Source of the DNA: Flavobacterium sp.
GTDB lineage: Bacteria > Bacteroidota > Bacteroidia > Flavobacteriales > Flavobacteriaceae
Assembly (NCBI RefSeq): GCF_027482425.1
Contig: NZ_JAIXWA010000022.1
Coordinates: 3,111-67,110, forward strand
Length of the DNA stretch: 64,000 nt
Direction: 5' to 3'
Positions 9,061 through 19,209 of the stretch are shown piece by piece (within the stretch, counting starts at the first letter, position 1; each line of letters starts with the position of its first letter). The notes beneath the pieces are model-generated. The model had not been told where the DNA came from, did no database searches, and saw nothing but the letters and a program-made list of their open reading frames with translations. A program made the translations under genes and the position numbers.

Positions 9061-9576
9061 CTATTTTTTCAAATAAACGCCAGTAGCCGTGAACGCATAG
9101 GTGATTTCAGGCTTAGTAATTTTTGCGATTTCTTCTTTCGATTTCCCACCGTCTTTGGCGTAATGCTTCAACTCATCAACAGAAACCACATCGACAAAGG
9201 CTTTTCCACGAACAATTGCTTCGGCATTATCGGCATTCAAAGGAACAAAAAAACCATAATCTTGAAAACGCACAAAGGATTCTTCCGAACCGCCAAGATC
9301 CAAACGCATCCAACACCCTTTCTTTTTACAAACGGAATTGATTTTGGACTTAAAAATGACTGTTAACGTATCGCCTTTTTTCAAGCCTTTGTATTTTTTC
9401 AACATTTGCTTTTCAGTCAAAACCTTTTTGATTTCAAATTTTTCACCAAATAATTTATAATCATTGGCGTTGTAGGCAGCGGTTGCTTTTTTTACTTGCT
9501 TTTTTTGCTCTTGGGCTTCAATAGACACGCCTACAATAAGTAAGACAACAACGAATAAGAATCCTATTTTCTTCAT
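9061..9576 (-). CDS. DUF4920-type exported protein
   Basis: Signal peptide and VCKKKGCWM...FxDYGFFVP motif, with a C-terminal FTATGV. Confidence 0.8.
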   Translation of the reverse strand: MKKIGFLFVVVLLIVGVSIEAQEQKKQVKKATAAYNANDYKLFGEKFEIKKVLTEKQMLKKYKGLKKGDTLTVIFKSKINSVCKKKGCWMRLDLGGSEESFVRFQDYGFFVPLNADNAEAIVRGKAFVDVVSVDELKHYAKDGGKSKEEIAKITKPEITYAFTATGVYLKK

Positions 9577-9792
9577 TTTTGAGAATTTAATTGGATACAA
9601 AGTTATAATCTTCTCAGTAATGGGCGGTATTTCAACGCTTTTTTTTCAACAAATCAAACAAAATCAAACGTATAATGAAAATGCGTGATGTTTTCATTCA
9701 AAAGCCGTTCAACCTATATTTTTTTTTAGTAGTTTAGCCAAAAACCAAAACATCACACCAACTTCTTTTATCCCAGCATTGATGCGGGCTTT

Positions 9793-10869
9793 ATGACAAT
9801 AATGGATGCAGCAAACACCCCTGAAATTACCCTTTTAAAGGCGTCAACTTCCAAAATTGATACAGTAGATTTTGAAAATCTTACGTTTGGCAATATTTTT
9901 ACCGACCACATGCTGGTTTGTGACTTCAAAGATGGACAATGGCAAACCCCGGTAATCAAACCTTATGAGCCTTTTCTAATTGATCCCTCAGCCAAAGTTT
10001 TTCACTACGGACAAGCGATTTTTGAAGGGATGAAAGCCTATCGCGATTCTGACGATCAGGTTTGGTTATTCCGACCCGATCAAAATATGGATCGCTTTAA
10101 TAAATCGGCTATACGCTTGGCGATGCCAGAAGTTCCCGAGTCCATTTTTATTGGCGGACTCAAACAACTCGTGGCTTTGGAAGAGGCTTGGGTGAAAGAC
10201 GGCAAAGGAAATTCCCTGTACATCCGTCCGTTTATGATTGCGATTGGTTCGGGTGTTATTGCTCAACCTTCGACGCAATACCGATTTATGATTATTCTTT
10301 CACCTGCGAAGTCATACTATTCGGGCGAAGTGAAAGTGATTATTGCCGAACATTACAGCCGTGCCGCCAATGGTGGAATCGGTGCCGCCAAAGCCGCAGG
10401 AAACTATTCGGCACAGTTTTATCCCACCAAATTGGCGAACGAACAAGGGTTCCAACAGATTATTTGGACCGATGATGCAACCCATACCAAATTGGAAGAA
10501 GCGGGAACCATGAATGTGTTCTTCCGAATTAATGATACGTTAATCACGGCTCCCACTAGCGAACGTATTTTGGACGGCGTTACCCGTAAATCACTAATCG
10601 ATTTGGCACAAAAAGAAGGTATTGCCGTTGACGTGCGATCGCTGACGGTGCAAGAACTCATTCAGGCAGCCCAAGACGGCTGTTTGAAAGAAATCTTCGG
10701 AGCAGGAACCGCCGCCGTAGTGAGTCCGATTAAAGGCTTTCAATACCAAGAGTACTATCACGAACTCCCCCCGCAAGAGCAACCGATGGCTTTATTCTTG
10801 AAAGACAAACTCACGAATATTCAATACAAACTAGAAGACGATCCGTTTGGATGGACGGTTAAAGTATAA
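9793..10869 (+). CDS. ilvE: Branched-chain amino acid aminotransferase
   Basis: FHYGQAIFEGMKA, AKAAGNY (PLP lysine), EEAGTMN, ILDGVTR and GTAAVVSP. Confidence 0.95.
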   Translation: MTIMDAANTPEITLLKASTSKIDTVDFENLTFGNIFTDHMLVCDFKDGQWQTPVIKPYEPFLIDPSAKVFHYGQAIFEGMKAYRDSDDQVWLFRPDQNMDRFNKSAIRLAMPEVPESIFIGGLKQLVALEEAWVKDGKGNSLYIRPFMIAIGSGVIAQPSTQYRFMIILSPAKSYYSGEVKVIIAEHYSRAANGGIGAAKAAGNYSAQFYPTKLANEQGFQQIIWTDDATHTKLEEAGTMNVFFRINDTLITAPTSERILDGVTRKSLIDLAQKEGIAVDVRSLTVQELIQAAQDGCLKEIFGAGTAAVVSPIKGFQYQEYYHELPPQEQPMALFLKDKLTNIQYKLEDDPFGWTVKV

Positions 10870-10873
10870 AATA

Positions 10874-10894
10874 GGCAGCTTCGGCTGCTTTTTT
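10874..10894 (+). terminator. Intrinsic terminator
   Basis: GGCAGC-TTCG-GCTGCT followed by a T tract. Confidence 0.85.
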
Positions 10895-11026
10895 AGTGGA
10901 TGATTGTTTGGTTGATGGTGTTTTACGAATAATTGAAAAACTGATTTCTGTTAATTGCTTACTGACGAATGACTACACTCAATAATAACCCCAAAGAAAG
11001 AATTGTACTTCCTTAATCGCATTGCC

Positions 11027-11620
11027 ATGGAAAATACAATGACGACTAACCCAATTGGAGAACAATTATGGCAAGGAGCAGCCGCTTTTTGGAAACATGA
11101 ACAAACGCATGACGGAAGTATCGTCGACGGGTTGGAGATCTTCGGTAAATTGTCGGAAGAGGAATATCACTTCAATGCAATCAGTTTGGTTTATATCCTA
11201 GCAAACGCGGAAGAAAATCCGAACATAAAAGGCTTAAAAGACACTTTATTGCATGCTATTACTTCTATTATCGGGGCAAATTATAAAAAAGAGCATCTCC
11301 ATTTTTTAGAAGAACGAGCGCAAACCGAAAAAACAGGTCAAGGCATACACGCTTTAGACTACTACCTTCGCTTGGGGAGTTATCATGAATCGCTTCGACC
11401 GCAAGTCATTGATTTTGTGGTGGATCATTATACTACATTTTCAAGTGAACAACTCAATCTAACGGGGTTTTACCTTTACAATGTTTACCCCAAAACCCAA
11501 GAATATTTTTCGCTTTTTCAAACCATAGTCAACTTCCATAAAGGAATTGCTCCTGAAAACAACGAAAATCCGATGGGCTTTCTCGAACCCGAAACCAAAC
11601 CTTGGTGGAAGTTTTGGTAG
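11027..11620 (+). CDS. Hypothetical helical protein ending in KPWWKFW
   Basis: Open frame of about 197 aa with no recognisable catalytic motif. Confidence 0.65.
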   Translation: MENTMTTNPIGEQLWQGAAAFWKHEQTHDGSIVDGLEIFGKLSEEEYHFNAISLVYILANAEENPNIKGLKDTLLHAITSIIGANYKKEHLHFLEERAQTEKTGQGIHALDYYLRLGSYHESLRPQVIDFVVDHYTTFSSEQLNLTGFYLYNVYPKTQEYFSLFQTIVNFHKGIAPENNENPMGFLEPETKPWWKFW

Positions 11621-11660
11621 ATTATTGTAAATTTAGAATTTGAAAATTAATGCATCGCTT

Positions 11661-12191
11661 ATGAAACGTATCCTTTTAGTAGTCACCCTTATCAGTTTTG
11701 CCACGGCTTGTGAGCAAAACAAAAAAGCCGAAGCCACAGGCAATTTACCTTTTTACACCTTCGATGAAGTCATTCATTATTCCGTACCTGTTTCCAAAAG
11801 CGAACTGGATAGCATCATTGGAAAATCTGAAAAATCCAGAAAAGAATTGGGCTTGCTGCAAATAGTAACGGGAAATATTCCGGTTTCGACGCAAGATTCA
11901 TTATTCATTAGCAATATGGATATTCTTGGCTTTGAAAAACAAGTTATCGATCCCAAAAAATACGAGGCATTAGAAAAACTATTCTCCAAACGCGAACCTA
12001 CTCAACCAATACAACCCTCCTGTAAAACGGGTTACACCGACATTTTAGTTTTTCGAAAAAAGGGAAAATTCATGGGATCAGTCAAACTGAATTTTGAATG
12101 CCAACGCCATCAAATGGTGGGACAACGCTACAACGATGCCGATTTTGGACAATCGGGAGAATATGAGGCGTTGAAGAAGTTGTTGCAATAG
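11661..12191 (+). CDS. Hypothetical lipoprotein
   Basis: MKRILLVVTLISFATAC signal peptide and lipobox. Confidence 0.72.
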   Translation: MKRILLVVTLISFATACEQNKKAEATGNLPFYTFDEVIHYSVPVSKSELDSIIGKSEKSRKELGLLQIVTGNIPVSTQDSLFISNMDILGFEKQVIDPKKYEALEKLFSKREPTQPIQPSCKTGYTDILVFRKKGKFMGSVKLNFECQRHQMVGQRYNDADFGQSGEYEALKKLLQ

Positions 12192-12224
12192 CTTCTGAGA
12201 TTCTGAGCTGCTGAGCTCCTGAGC
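12190..12224 (+). repeat. Octamer-periodic repeat tract (CTGAG core)
   Basis: AGCTTCTGAGATTCTGAGCTGCTGAGCTCCTGAGC; 32/35 identical to the reverse complement of 13844-13878. Confidence 0.9.
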
Positions 12225-12262
12225 CTCTTTCATTCAACATTTATAATTTAAAATTTATAATT

Positions 12263-13747
12263 TCAAACAAACCAACTTTGCACCATCGCCTTTTCCACGG
12301 CTACTGCTTTCTTGTGCGTAAAGTCGTTTTTCTTTGGGTTGTACTGATAATCCGAAGCCCATTCCTGGTGATGTGCCGCCAAGGCAATAATGCTCTGACA
12401 TACATATTCAATCTCTGCTGAAGTGGTGGTGGGGTGAATCGACATGCGAATCCATCCCGGTTTTTGGGTTAAATCGCCTTCGTCAATCGAGCAGGTCAAA
12501 TGATGCGAGGTTTCTTGATCCACATGCAGTAAATAATGACCGTACGTTCCTGCGCAACTGCATCCGCCCCGGGTTTGAATCCCAAATCGGTCGTTCAATA
12601 TTTTCACCCCCAAATTGTAATGCAAATCATGGATATAAAACGAAATCACGCCCAAACGATCGCGATGCTGTCCCGCCAATAGGGTAAGATTTTCAACGGG
12701 CGCTAAGTGATCAAAAATATAATCAACCAACTCATGCTCCCGCTTCATGATATTCTCCACCCCCATCGTTTCTTTCAACTGAATGGCTAAGGCCGTCTTG
12801 ATTACTTGTAAAAAACCGGGCGTTCCTCCATCTTCACGGTCTTCGATATCATCGATGTATTTGTGTTCCCCCCACGGATTGGTCCAACTCACGGTGCCGC
12901 CTCCTGGGCAGTCAGGAACATTATTTTTGTATAAGTTTTTATTAAAAATCAACACGCCAGAAGTCCCAGGTCCCCCTAAAAACTTATGCGGCGAGAAGAA
13001 AATAGCATCCAAATACGCTTCGGGATCGGCGGGATGCATATCGATGTGAACATACGGACCCGAACAGGCAAAATCGACAAAACAAACCCCGTTATTTTGG
13101 TGCATGATTTTTGCCACTTCGTGATACGGTGTACGAATTCCTGTTACATTAGAACACGAGGTGATCGAAGCGATTTTAAAACTTCGGTCGGCATACTTGG
13201 CCACCATTTTTTTGAATTGCTCCAAACAAAACAAACCTTCGTCATTCGCGGGAATAATCACCACATCCGCAATGGTTTCAATCCATGAGGTTTGGTTGGA
13301 ATGATGTTCCATGTGCGATACAAAGACTACGGGTTTGATTTCAGTCGGCAAGCTCAGATAGTCCTTCAAATTTTCAGGAACTTTCAATCCTAAAATGCGT
13401 TGAAACTTATTGACCACTCCCGTCATTCCTGTACCCGTGTTAATTAACACATCGTTGGGACTCGCATTGACATGACGCTTGATGATTTGTTTTGCCTCAT
13501 GATAGGCTAACGTCATAGCGGTTCCAGAAACCGTTGTTTCGGTATGCGTATTGGCTACAAAAGGTCCGAAGGTATCCATCAATTTTTCCTCAATCGGACG
13601 GTACAAACGACCGCTCGCTGTCCAATCGGTATAAATCAAAGGTTTTGTCCCAAAAGGCGTTTCAAATTCTTGGTCAATGCCAATAATTCCGTTGCGAAAA
13701 GACGCAAAATACGCTTCTAATTCGGTTTTTACAGCCGTGGTAATCAT
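12263..13747 (-). CDS. Class V PLP-dependent aminotransferase (cysteine desulfurase-like)
   Basis: YTDWTASG, MEHHSN, SCSNVTG, FSPHKFLGGPG (PLP lysine), GGTP and RGGCSCA. Confidence 0.9.
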   Translation of the reverse strand: MITTAVKTELEAYFASFRNGIIGIDQEFETPFGTKPLIYTDWTASGRLYRPIEEKLMDTFGPFVANTHTETTVSGTAMTLAYHEAKQIIKRHVNASPNDVLINTGTGMTGVVNKFQRILGLKVPENLKDYLSLPTEIKPVVFVSHMEHHSNQTSWIETIADVVIIPANDEGLFCLEQFKKMVAKYADRSFKIASITSCSNVTGIRTPYHEVAKIMHQNNGVCFVDFACSGPYVHIDMHPADPEAYLDAIFFSPHKFLGGPGTSGVLIFNKNLYKNNVPDCPGGGTVSWTNPWGEHKYIDDIEDREDGGTPGFLQVIKTALAIQLKETMGVENIMKREHELVDYIFDHLAPVENLTLLAGQHRDRLGVISFYIHDLHYNLGVKILNDRFGIQTRGGCSCAGTYGHYLLHVDQETSHHLTCSIDEGDLTQKPGWIRMSIHPTTTSAEIEYVCQSIIALAAHHQEWASDYQYNPKKNDFTHKKAVAVEKAMVQSWFV

Positions 13748-13843
13748 GAGTTTGTTGGTTTGTGGCACAAAGATAATTAAAATTAATGTCTGAATTATTC
13801 AAAGAAGTTTTGACTATCATTTAATTTTTACACACTCCCAAAA

Positions 13844-13878
13844 GCTCAGCAGCTCAGCAGCTCAGCTTCTCAGAAGCT
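13844..13878 (-). repeat. Octamer-periodic repeat tract (GCTCAGCA)n
   Basis: GCTCAGCAGCTCAGCAGCTCAGCTTCTCAGAAGCT, an inverted copy of 12190-12224. Confidence 0.9.
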
Positions 13879-13888
13879 CAAAAAAACC

Positions 13889-13896
13889 TATCTTTG
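13889..13896 (+). promoter_or_regulatory. TAnnTTTG -7 element for selO
   Basis: TATCTTTG lies 4 nt before the ATG, implying a very short leader. Confidence 0.5.
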
Positions 13897-13900
13897 CACC

Positions 13901-15469
13901 ATGAAAAAGCTCCATTTCATCCCTCGTTTTCAAAAAGCACTTACTCCTGATCCCGAAACCGCCAATTTTGTGCGGCAAGTTCCCCAAGCCCATTATTCCT
14001 TCGTTCGACCTAGTGTTCCCTCACAACCCTATTTGATCCATGCGGTTCCTGAGGTGGTAGCGTTTCTTGGGCTAGAGCGAGATGATGTTAATACATCGGA
14101 CTTCCTACACTATTTTTCAGGAAAAGAAATCTATCGCGACACCCAACCCTTTGCGATGAATTATGCGGGCCATCAGTTTGGCAATTGGGCGGGACAGTTG
14201 GGCGATGGACGTGCGATAGTTTTGGGAGAAGTGGAACACAAAAATCAAATTTGGACGCTCCAACTTAAAGGTGCGGGGCAAACGCCTTATTCCCGTCGTG
14301 GCGATGGATTGGCCGTCTTGCGCTCCTCCATTCGCGAATATTTGTGTGCCGAAGCCATGCATCATTTAGGTATACCTACCTCGCGTTCGTTGTCCTTGAT
14401 AGGTACTGGTGATGAAGTCCTCCGCGATATGCTGTATGATGGCAATGCCGACTATGAAAAAGGTGCTGTGGTATGTCGGGTAGCGCCCACATTTATCCGA
14501 TTTGGTAGCTTTGAAGTCCACGCCGCTCGGCAAGAGTTCGAACAACTGCAACAGTTGGCCGATTTTGTGATCAAAGAATACCATCCTGAAATAACTTTGG
14601 AAGGGCCAGAAAAGTATACCGCCTTTTTCAAAACTGTCTGTGAGCAAACCTTGCAGTTGATGGTGGAATGGCAACGAGTGGGATTTGTACACGGAGTCAT
14701 GAATACCGATAACATGTCGATTCACGGCATTACCATCGATTACGGACCGTACGGATGGCTCGAGGATTTTAATCTGAATTGGACGCCCAACACCACCGAC
14801 AGTCAGCACCATCGTTATGCTTATGGGAACCAACCCGATGTGGCGTTGTGGAATTTAATTCAGTTGGCCAATGCACTTTATCCCTTGATTGGAGCGGTCG
14901 AACCCTTGGAAGCAGTGTTGAATGCTTATGGGCGTCTATTTGATGCCGCATTTTTACGTATGAACCGCAATAAACTCGGACTTGAATTGGAACAAGATTC
15001 CGATGAAGCACTCGTTCATGAAGTCATGACCGTTTTGGAACGCATCGAAACCGATTACACGATTTTCTTCCGTTTGTTGTCCCACTTAAAGAAAAACGAT
15101 AGCCCTGAAGCGGCTTTGACTAAAGTAAAAGACGCATTATATTCACCTAGTCAATGTACGGGTGCTGTGGAAACCGCTTGGTTGGAAATGCTTCAACACT
15201 ATCTTCAACGACTTTCCATCGAATCACAATCGGATGCTGAACGTGCCGAAGCGATGAACCGTGTAAATCCCAAATATGTGCTGCGAAATTATATGACGCA
15301 ATTGGCCATTGAGGCTGCCAATCAAGATGATTTTAGTTTGGTGCAGGAATTACATGAACTCCTAAAACACCCCTACGACGAACAACCTGAACAAGATAAA
15401 TGGTTTGCCAAACGTCCGGATTGGGCCCGCACTAAAGTGGGATGCTCTATGTTGTCCTGTAGCTCGTAA
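13901..15469 (+). CDS. selO: Protein adenylyltransferase SelO (YdiU family)
   Basis: YAGHQFG...QLGDGRA, LKGAGQTPYSRRGDG, HGVMNTDN, IDYGPYG and the C-terminal SCSS. Confidence 0.95.
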   Translation: MKKLHFIPRFQKALTPDPETANFVRQVPQAHYSFVRPSVPSQPYLIHAVPEVVAFLGLERDDVNTSDFLHYFSGKEIYRDTQPFAMNYAGHQFGNWAGQLGDGRAIVLGEVEHKNQIWTLQLKGAGQTPYSRRGDGLAVLRSSIREYLCAEAMHHLGIPTSRSLSLIGTGDEVLRDMLYDGNADYEKGAVVCRVAPTFIRFGSFEVHAARQEFEQLQQLADFVIKEYHPEITLEGPEKYTAFFKTVCEQTLQLMVEWQRVGFVHGVMNTDNMSIHGITIDYGPYGWLEDFNLNWTPNTTDSQHHRYAYGNQPDVALWNLIQLANALYPLIGAVEPLEAVLNAYGRLFDAAFLRMNRNKLGLELEQDSDEALVHEVMTVLERIETDYTIFFRLLSHLKKNDSPEAALTKVKDALYSPSQCTGAVETAWLEMLQHYLQRLSIESQSDAERAEAMNRVNPKYVLRNYMTQLAIEAANQDDFSLVQELHELLKHPYDEQPEQDKWFAKRPDWARTKVGCSMLSCSS

Positions 15470-15693
15470 GTCTCTAAATTACTTAAATTCTATCCTCAAA
15501 AGTTACAGGTTGATGACCGATTGCAAGGCCCATTGGAGCAATCGATCGGCGAGGCAAGGCAAAAACACGTCGCGTCCTGAAATACTAAAAGCTGCGCCTT
15601 GTGTTGGAAGACTACAAAAAGGGGCGGGAACATTTTGTATGGAAAATCGCAAACCGAATCCAACGGTGGGATTGATTTTCCAAGTACGGGTAT

Positions 15694-17313
15694 CTAAAGG
15701 CGGTACTTCCGTGCTGCATCTTTCACCACCCACTCCATCTCAACATCACGGGCTTTGACCCGATCTTCGCGGGTAGGGATAATCGTTGTATCAGGGAAAA
15801 CCCCACGCCCCATCGATTCCGACTGCGCTACGGGTTGGATATGCATCAACCCCAAGCGAACCGAAATTTTAGAGTGGGGCAAACGAACCACCGGCATGAT
15901 CCCCGCCACAGTTCCGTTGAAGGCCCCGCCCGTTTCTTCGCCTACAAAATGGGTATTTGGACGTTGTTTTAAGCCCGCCGACTCAATACAGGCTGCCGAA
16001 AAACTGCCACCATTAATCAATACATACAACTTACCTGTATAAGCTTGACTTGCAGGCGTTACAGGTCGACTTCCTGTGAGTTTGTATTGATAATCCCCTT
16101 TGGAGCTTTGGGTGGTACGGAGATAGGTAAACGCCATGTAAAACGGATACCCAACAAAGAAAAAAGGATAAGCCACGGGCGACATAGAAGATATCGCTCC
16201 AAGCTTCCACAAACTCGTTTTGGACGTGACCTCTGCGGGTTGCAAAAGGGTAAAGGGTTGATCGATAAAATAACGGTATAAATTGACCGCATCCGCTACT
16301 CGTCCCCCTGGGTTGTCACGCAAATCCAGCACCAAAGTGTTGAGTTCCATTTTACGAATGGAGTCAAAAAGAATAGGATACGCTTTGCGGTGACTACTCG
16401 CTGAGAAATTTTTAATCCGTAACACGTAAAGCGTTGAATCCAACTCCGAACGTTTTAAACTCACCGCACACTCTTTAGTTGTCGGGTCGTACCCAAAAAT
16501 GCGACGTTCTTTGCGTGTAAGGGTTCGCATTTTTAGCGCTGATTTCTCTGGCTTCTTGGCGGCCACTGCGCTATCGGTGGGTATTTCTTTGGCTGCTTTT
16601 TGAACGGTTTTTTTCGTCGGTTTAGGTTTGGGTTTGCGTTTCACCCACAATTGATATAGCGAATCATTTTGCTTAAATACATACTGTAAACTGTCGCGAA
16701 CCCCAAATTCAGCCGTAAAATAGGTAGGCAATCGACGACCAAAACCCTTGCGGATATACGTTTCATTGAATCCATCCGAGGTTAGCGTCGGGCGGTATTG
16801 CGCATACAACGTTTGTGGTGTAATGCCATTAATGGATACGATGGAAGCACCTGGACGGATGTTTTTGTGTTCGGATTTGTTTTTGAGTACCACCATTTCA
16901 CCCCCAATCCACTCCGAAGTAACCTGTGACAAGGGTCCCTCGCCAAAACCTTTGAGGTGTTTTCGTTGTGCGCGGGTCAGAGACAGTTGTGGAAAACTGG
17001 TACTCATATGCCCTTGCCGAACCGATGCGATAACGGGAGCAATAACAAAATAAAAATCCTTAGGCGTCATTGGCTGTTGGATCACACGACGAATGCTGTC
17101 AAATTTATGATGTAGCGTTTGTTCCGCGATGTACCCATGCAAATGCGGATACAATCGCTTCAACTTTTTTTGGATAAAATCAATATCTTCCTGCAATTGC
17201 GCTACGGGAATGGGTTGGGCAATTCGCTTATTGTATCGTTCCACCGAGGTACAAGAAACACTTATCCCCAGGATTCCTATAAAAACAAGCAACAATCTAA
17301 ACGTTTGGGTCAT
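15694..17313 (-). CDS. S41 family (C-terminal processing-type) peptidase, lipoprotein
   Basis: Lipobox SVSC, LVLDLRDNPGG, LINGGSFSA, VGEETGG and GVFPD. Confidence 0.88.
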   Translation of the reverse strand: MTQTFRLLLVFIGILGISVSCTSVERYNKRIAQPIPVAQLQEDIDFIQKKLKRLYPHLHGYIAEQTLHHKFDSIRRVIQQPMTPKDFYFVIAPVIASVRQGHMSTSFPQLSLTRAQRKHLKGFGEGPLSQVTSEWIGGEMVVLKNKSEHKNIRPGASIVSINGITPQTLYAQYRPTLTSDGFNETYIRKGFGRRLPTYFTAEFGVRDSLQYVFKQNDSLYQLWVKRKPKPKPTKKTVQKAAKEIPTDSAVAAKKPEKSALKMRTLTRKERRIFGYDPTTKECAVSLKRSELDSTLYVLRIKNFSASSHRKAYPILFDSIRKMELNTLVLDLRDNPGGRVADAVNLYRYFIDQPFTLLQPAEVTSKTSLWKLGAISSMSPVAYPFFFVGYPFYMAFTYLRTTQSSKGDYQYKLTGSRPVTPASQAYTGKLYVLINGGSFSAACIESAGLKQRPNTHFVGEETGGAFNGTVAGIMPVVRLPHSKISVRLGLMHIQPVAQSESMGRGVFPDTTIIPTREDRVKARDVEMEWVVKDAARKYRL

Positions 17314-17408
17314 ACCTGAATTTTTCGCAATGATACACATTTCATTGGAAGCGTTCAAAATTCTTAACAATCTCTTGCCAAAAAACGAAAAACGGATACC
17401 TTTACGCC

Positions 17409-17789
17409 ATGTACTTCAACCGTTCTGCTTTTCGCCTTTTTTTATACTTCTTGGCTGTTGAAATTGCCATTGCGTTGTGGGTACGTGATCGTTTTGTACG
17501 GCCTTATCTCGGTGATGTATTGGTGATTTTTTTGCTTTTCTATGCCCTAAAAAGTATACTGCAACAAACAACCCCTGTCATCGCGACAGCGGTCCTCTTT
17601 TTTGCGTTCCTAATTGAATATTTACAGTACGTAAAAGCCATTGAATGGTTGGGATTATCCCACAACCACATCGCCCAAACCATGCTTGGCAGCTCCTTTT
17701 CGGTCCACGACTTGCTTTGTTATGGCCTCGGATTTTTGGCTCTTTTTCCCCTTGAACATTTACGAAAAAAACAAAGCCACTCCAAATGA
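17409..17789 (+). CDS. DUF2809-type membrane protein
   Basis: FVRPYLGDVL, FxIEYLQ and LGSSFSxxDLLCYxLG. Confidence 0.8.
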   Translation: MYFNRSAFRLFLYFLAVEIAIALWVRDRFVRPYLGDVLVIFLLFYALKSILQQTTPVIATAVLFFAFLIEYLQYVKAIEWLGLSHNHIAQTMLGSSFSVHDLLCYGLGFLALFPLEHLRKKQSHSK

Positions 17790-17820
17790 AGTGGCTTGGT
17801 AATTAGAAAATTATAGGTTT

Positions 17821-19209
17821 TTACACACCCGCTATACTTTTTAATTCGCTCACAAAACGACTGGCCAACGCATCGGCAGCCGCTTGAGAAGGTGCTTCGG
17901 TATAGATGCGTATGATGGGTTCGGTATTGGACTTGCGCAAATGCACCCATTCGGTCGGGAAATCAATTTTTACCCCATCAATCGTCGACAAGGGTTCATG
18001 GGCATAACGCTTTGCAATTTCGGTCATAACCCCATCAACATCAATTTGCGGGGTGAGTTCAATTTTATTCTTACTCATAAAATACTCAGGTAAACCTGCC
18101 CGAAGTTCGGCTACAGTTTGCTCTAAGCCCGCCAAATGAGTTAGAAACAAGGCCACACCAACCAAGGCATCACGACCATAGTGCAATTCTGGATAAATGA
18201 TTCCGCCATTGCCTTCGCCACCAATAATCGCCTGGGTGGCTTTCATCAATTCCACGACATTAACCTCCCCTACCGCGCTGGCTTGATACGATCCGTTATG
18301 AAACTCGGTCACATCGCGCAAGGCACGAGAGGAACTCATATTGGATACGGTATTTCCAGGGGTTTTACTCAATACATAATCGGCTACAGCAACCAAGGTA
18401 TACTCTTCGCCAAACATTTCTCCTTCATTGGTGATAAACGCCAAACGATCGACATCAGGATCGACTACAATTCCAAAATCGGCCTGTTCTTCGACTACTT
18501 TTTGACATATATCGCCCAAATGTTCCTTCAAAGGTTCAGGGTTGTGTGGAAAATGACCGTTGGGCGTACAATATAATTTGACCACCTCAACACCCATTTG
18601 TTCGAGTAATTTCGGAATAATGATACCACCCGAAGAATTTACCCCATCGACAACGACTTTAAATTTGCGTTTCGCTACGGCTTCTGCATCGACCAATGGT
18701 AAATTGAGTACCTCATCAATGTGAATATCCATGTAGGCATCGTTCTCCGTTACTGTGCCAAGCGTATCTACATCGGCAAAATCAAAGGCCGCAGTTTCGG
18801 CAATTTCTAAAATCATGGCACCGTCGGCTCCACTCAAAAACTCTCCTTTTGCATTCAAGAGTTTCAATGCATTCCACTGCTTTGGATTGTGTGAAGCGGT
18901 AAGAATGATTCCTCCGTCGGCTTGTTCTAAAGGCACGGCAATTTCTACTGTTGGGGTAGTCGACAGTCCAAGATCGATAACGTCAATCCCCAAACCAACA
19001 AGCGTGTTGACGACCAATTGATGAATCATCGGCCCCGAAATTCGGGCATCACGACCAATGACGACTTTTAACGTGGACTTTATCGTATGTTGTTTTAAAA
19101 AAGTTCCATAGGCAGCAGCAAATTTTACAGCATCAATAGGTGTTAAATTTTCACCCACGGCGCCTCCTATAGTGCCGCGAATACCTGAAATGGATTTAAT
19201 AAGTGTCAT
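17821..19209 (-). CDS. glmM: Phosphoglucosamine mutase (phosphohexomutase family)
   Basis: SISGIRG, ILTASHNP (phospho-Ser), DPDVDR and GGEGNGG. ATG at 19209. Confidence 0.9.
   Translation of the reverse strand: MTLIKSISGIRGTIGGAVGENLTPIDAVKFAAAYGTFLKQHTIKSTLKVVIGRDARISGPMIHQLVVNTLVGLGIDVIDLGLSTTPTVEIAVPLEQADGGIILTASHNPKQWNALKLLNAKGEFLSGADGAMILEIAETAAFDFADVDTLGTVTENDAYMDIHIDEVLNLPLVDAEAVAKRKFKVVVDGVNSSGGIIIPKLLEQMGVEVVKLYCTPNGHFPHNPEPLKEHLGDICQKVVEEQADFGIVVDPDVDRLAFITNEGEMFGEEYTLVAVADYVLSKTPGNTVSNMSSSRALRDVTEFHNGSYQASAVGEVNVVELMKATQAIIGGEGNGGIIYPELHYGRDALVGVALFLTHLAGLEQTVAELRAGLPEYFMSKNKIELTPQIDVDGVMTEIAKRYAHEPLSTIDGVKIDFPTEWVHLRKSNTEPIIRIYTEAPSQAAADALASRFVSELKSIAGV

Noticed and set aside
15455-15469. 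Selenocysteine in SelO
   Set aside because: The C-terminus is SCSS with a TGT cysteine codon and a TAA stop; there is no in-frame TGA.
15405-15758. ORFs 15405..15758 (+) and 15503..15733 (-)
   Set aside because: They overlap real genes, have weak starts and show no recognisable family.
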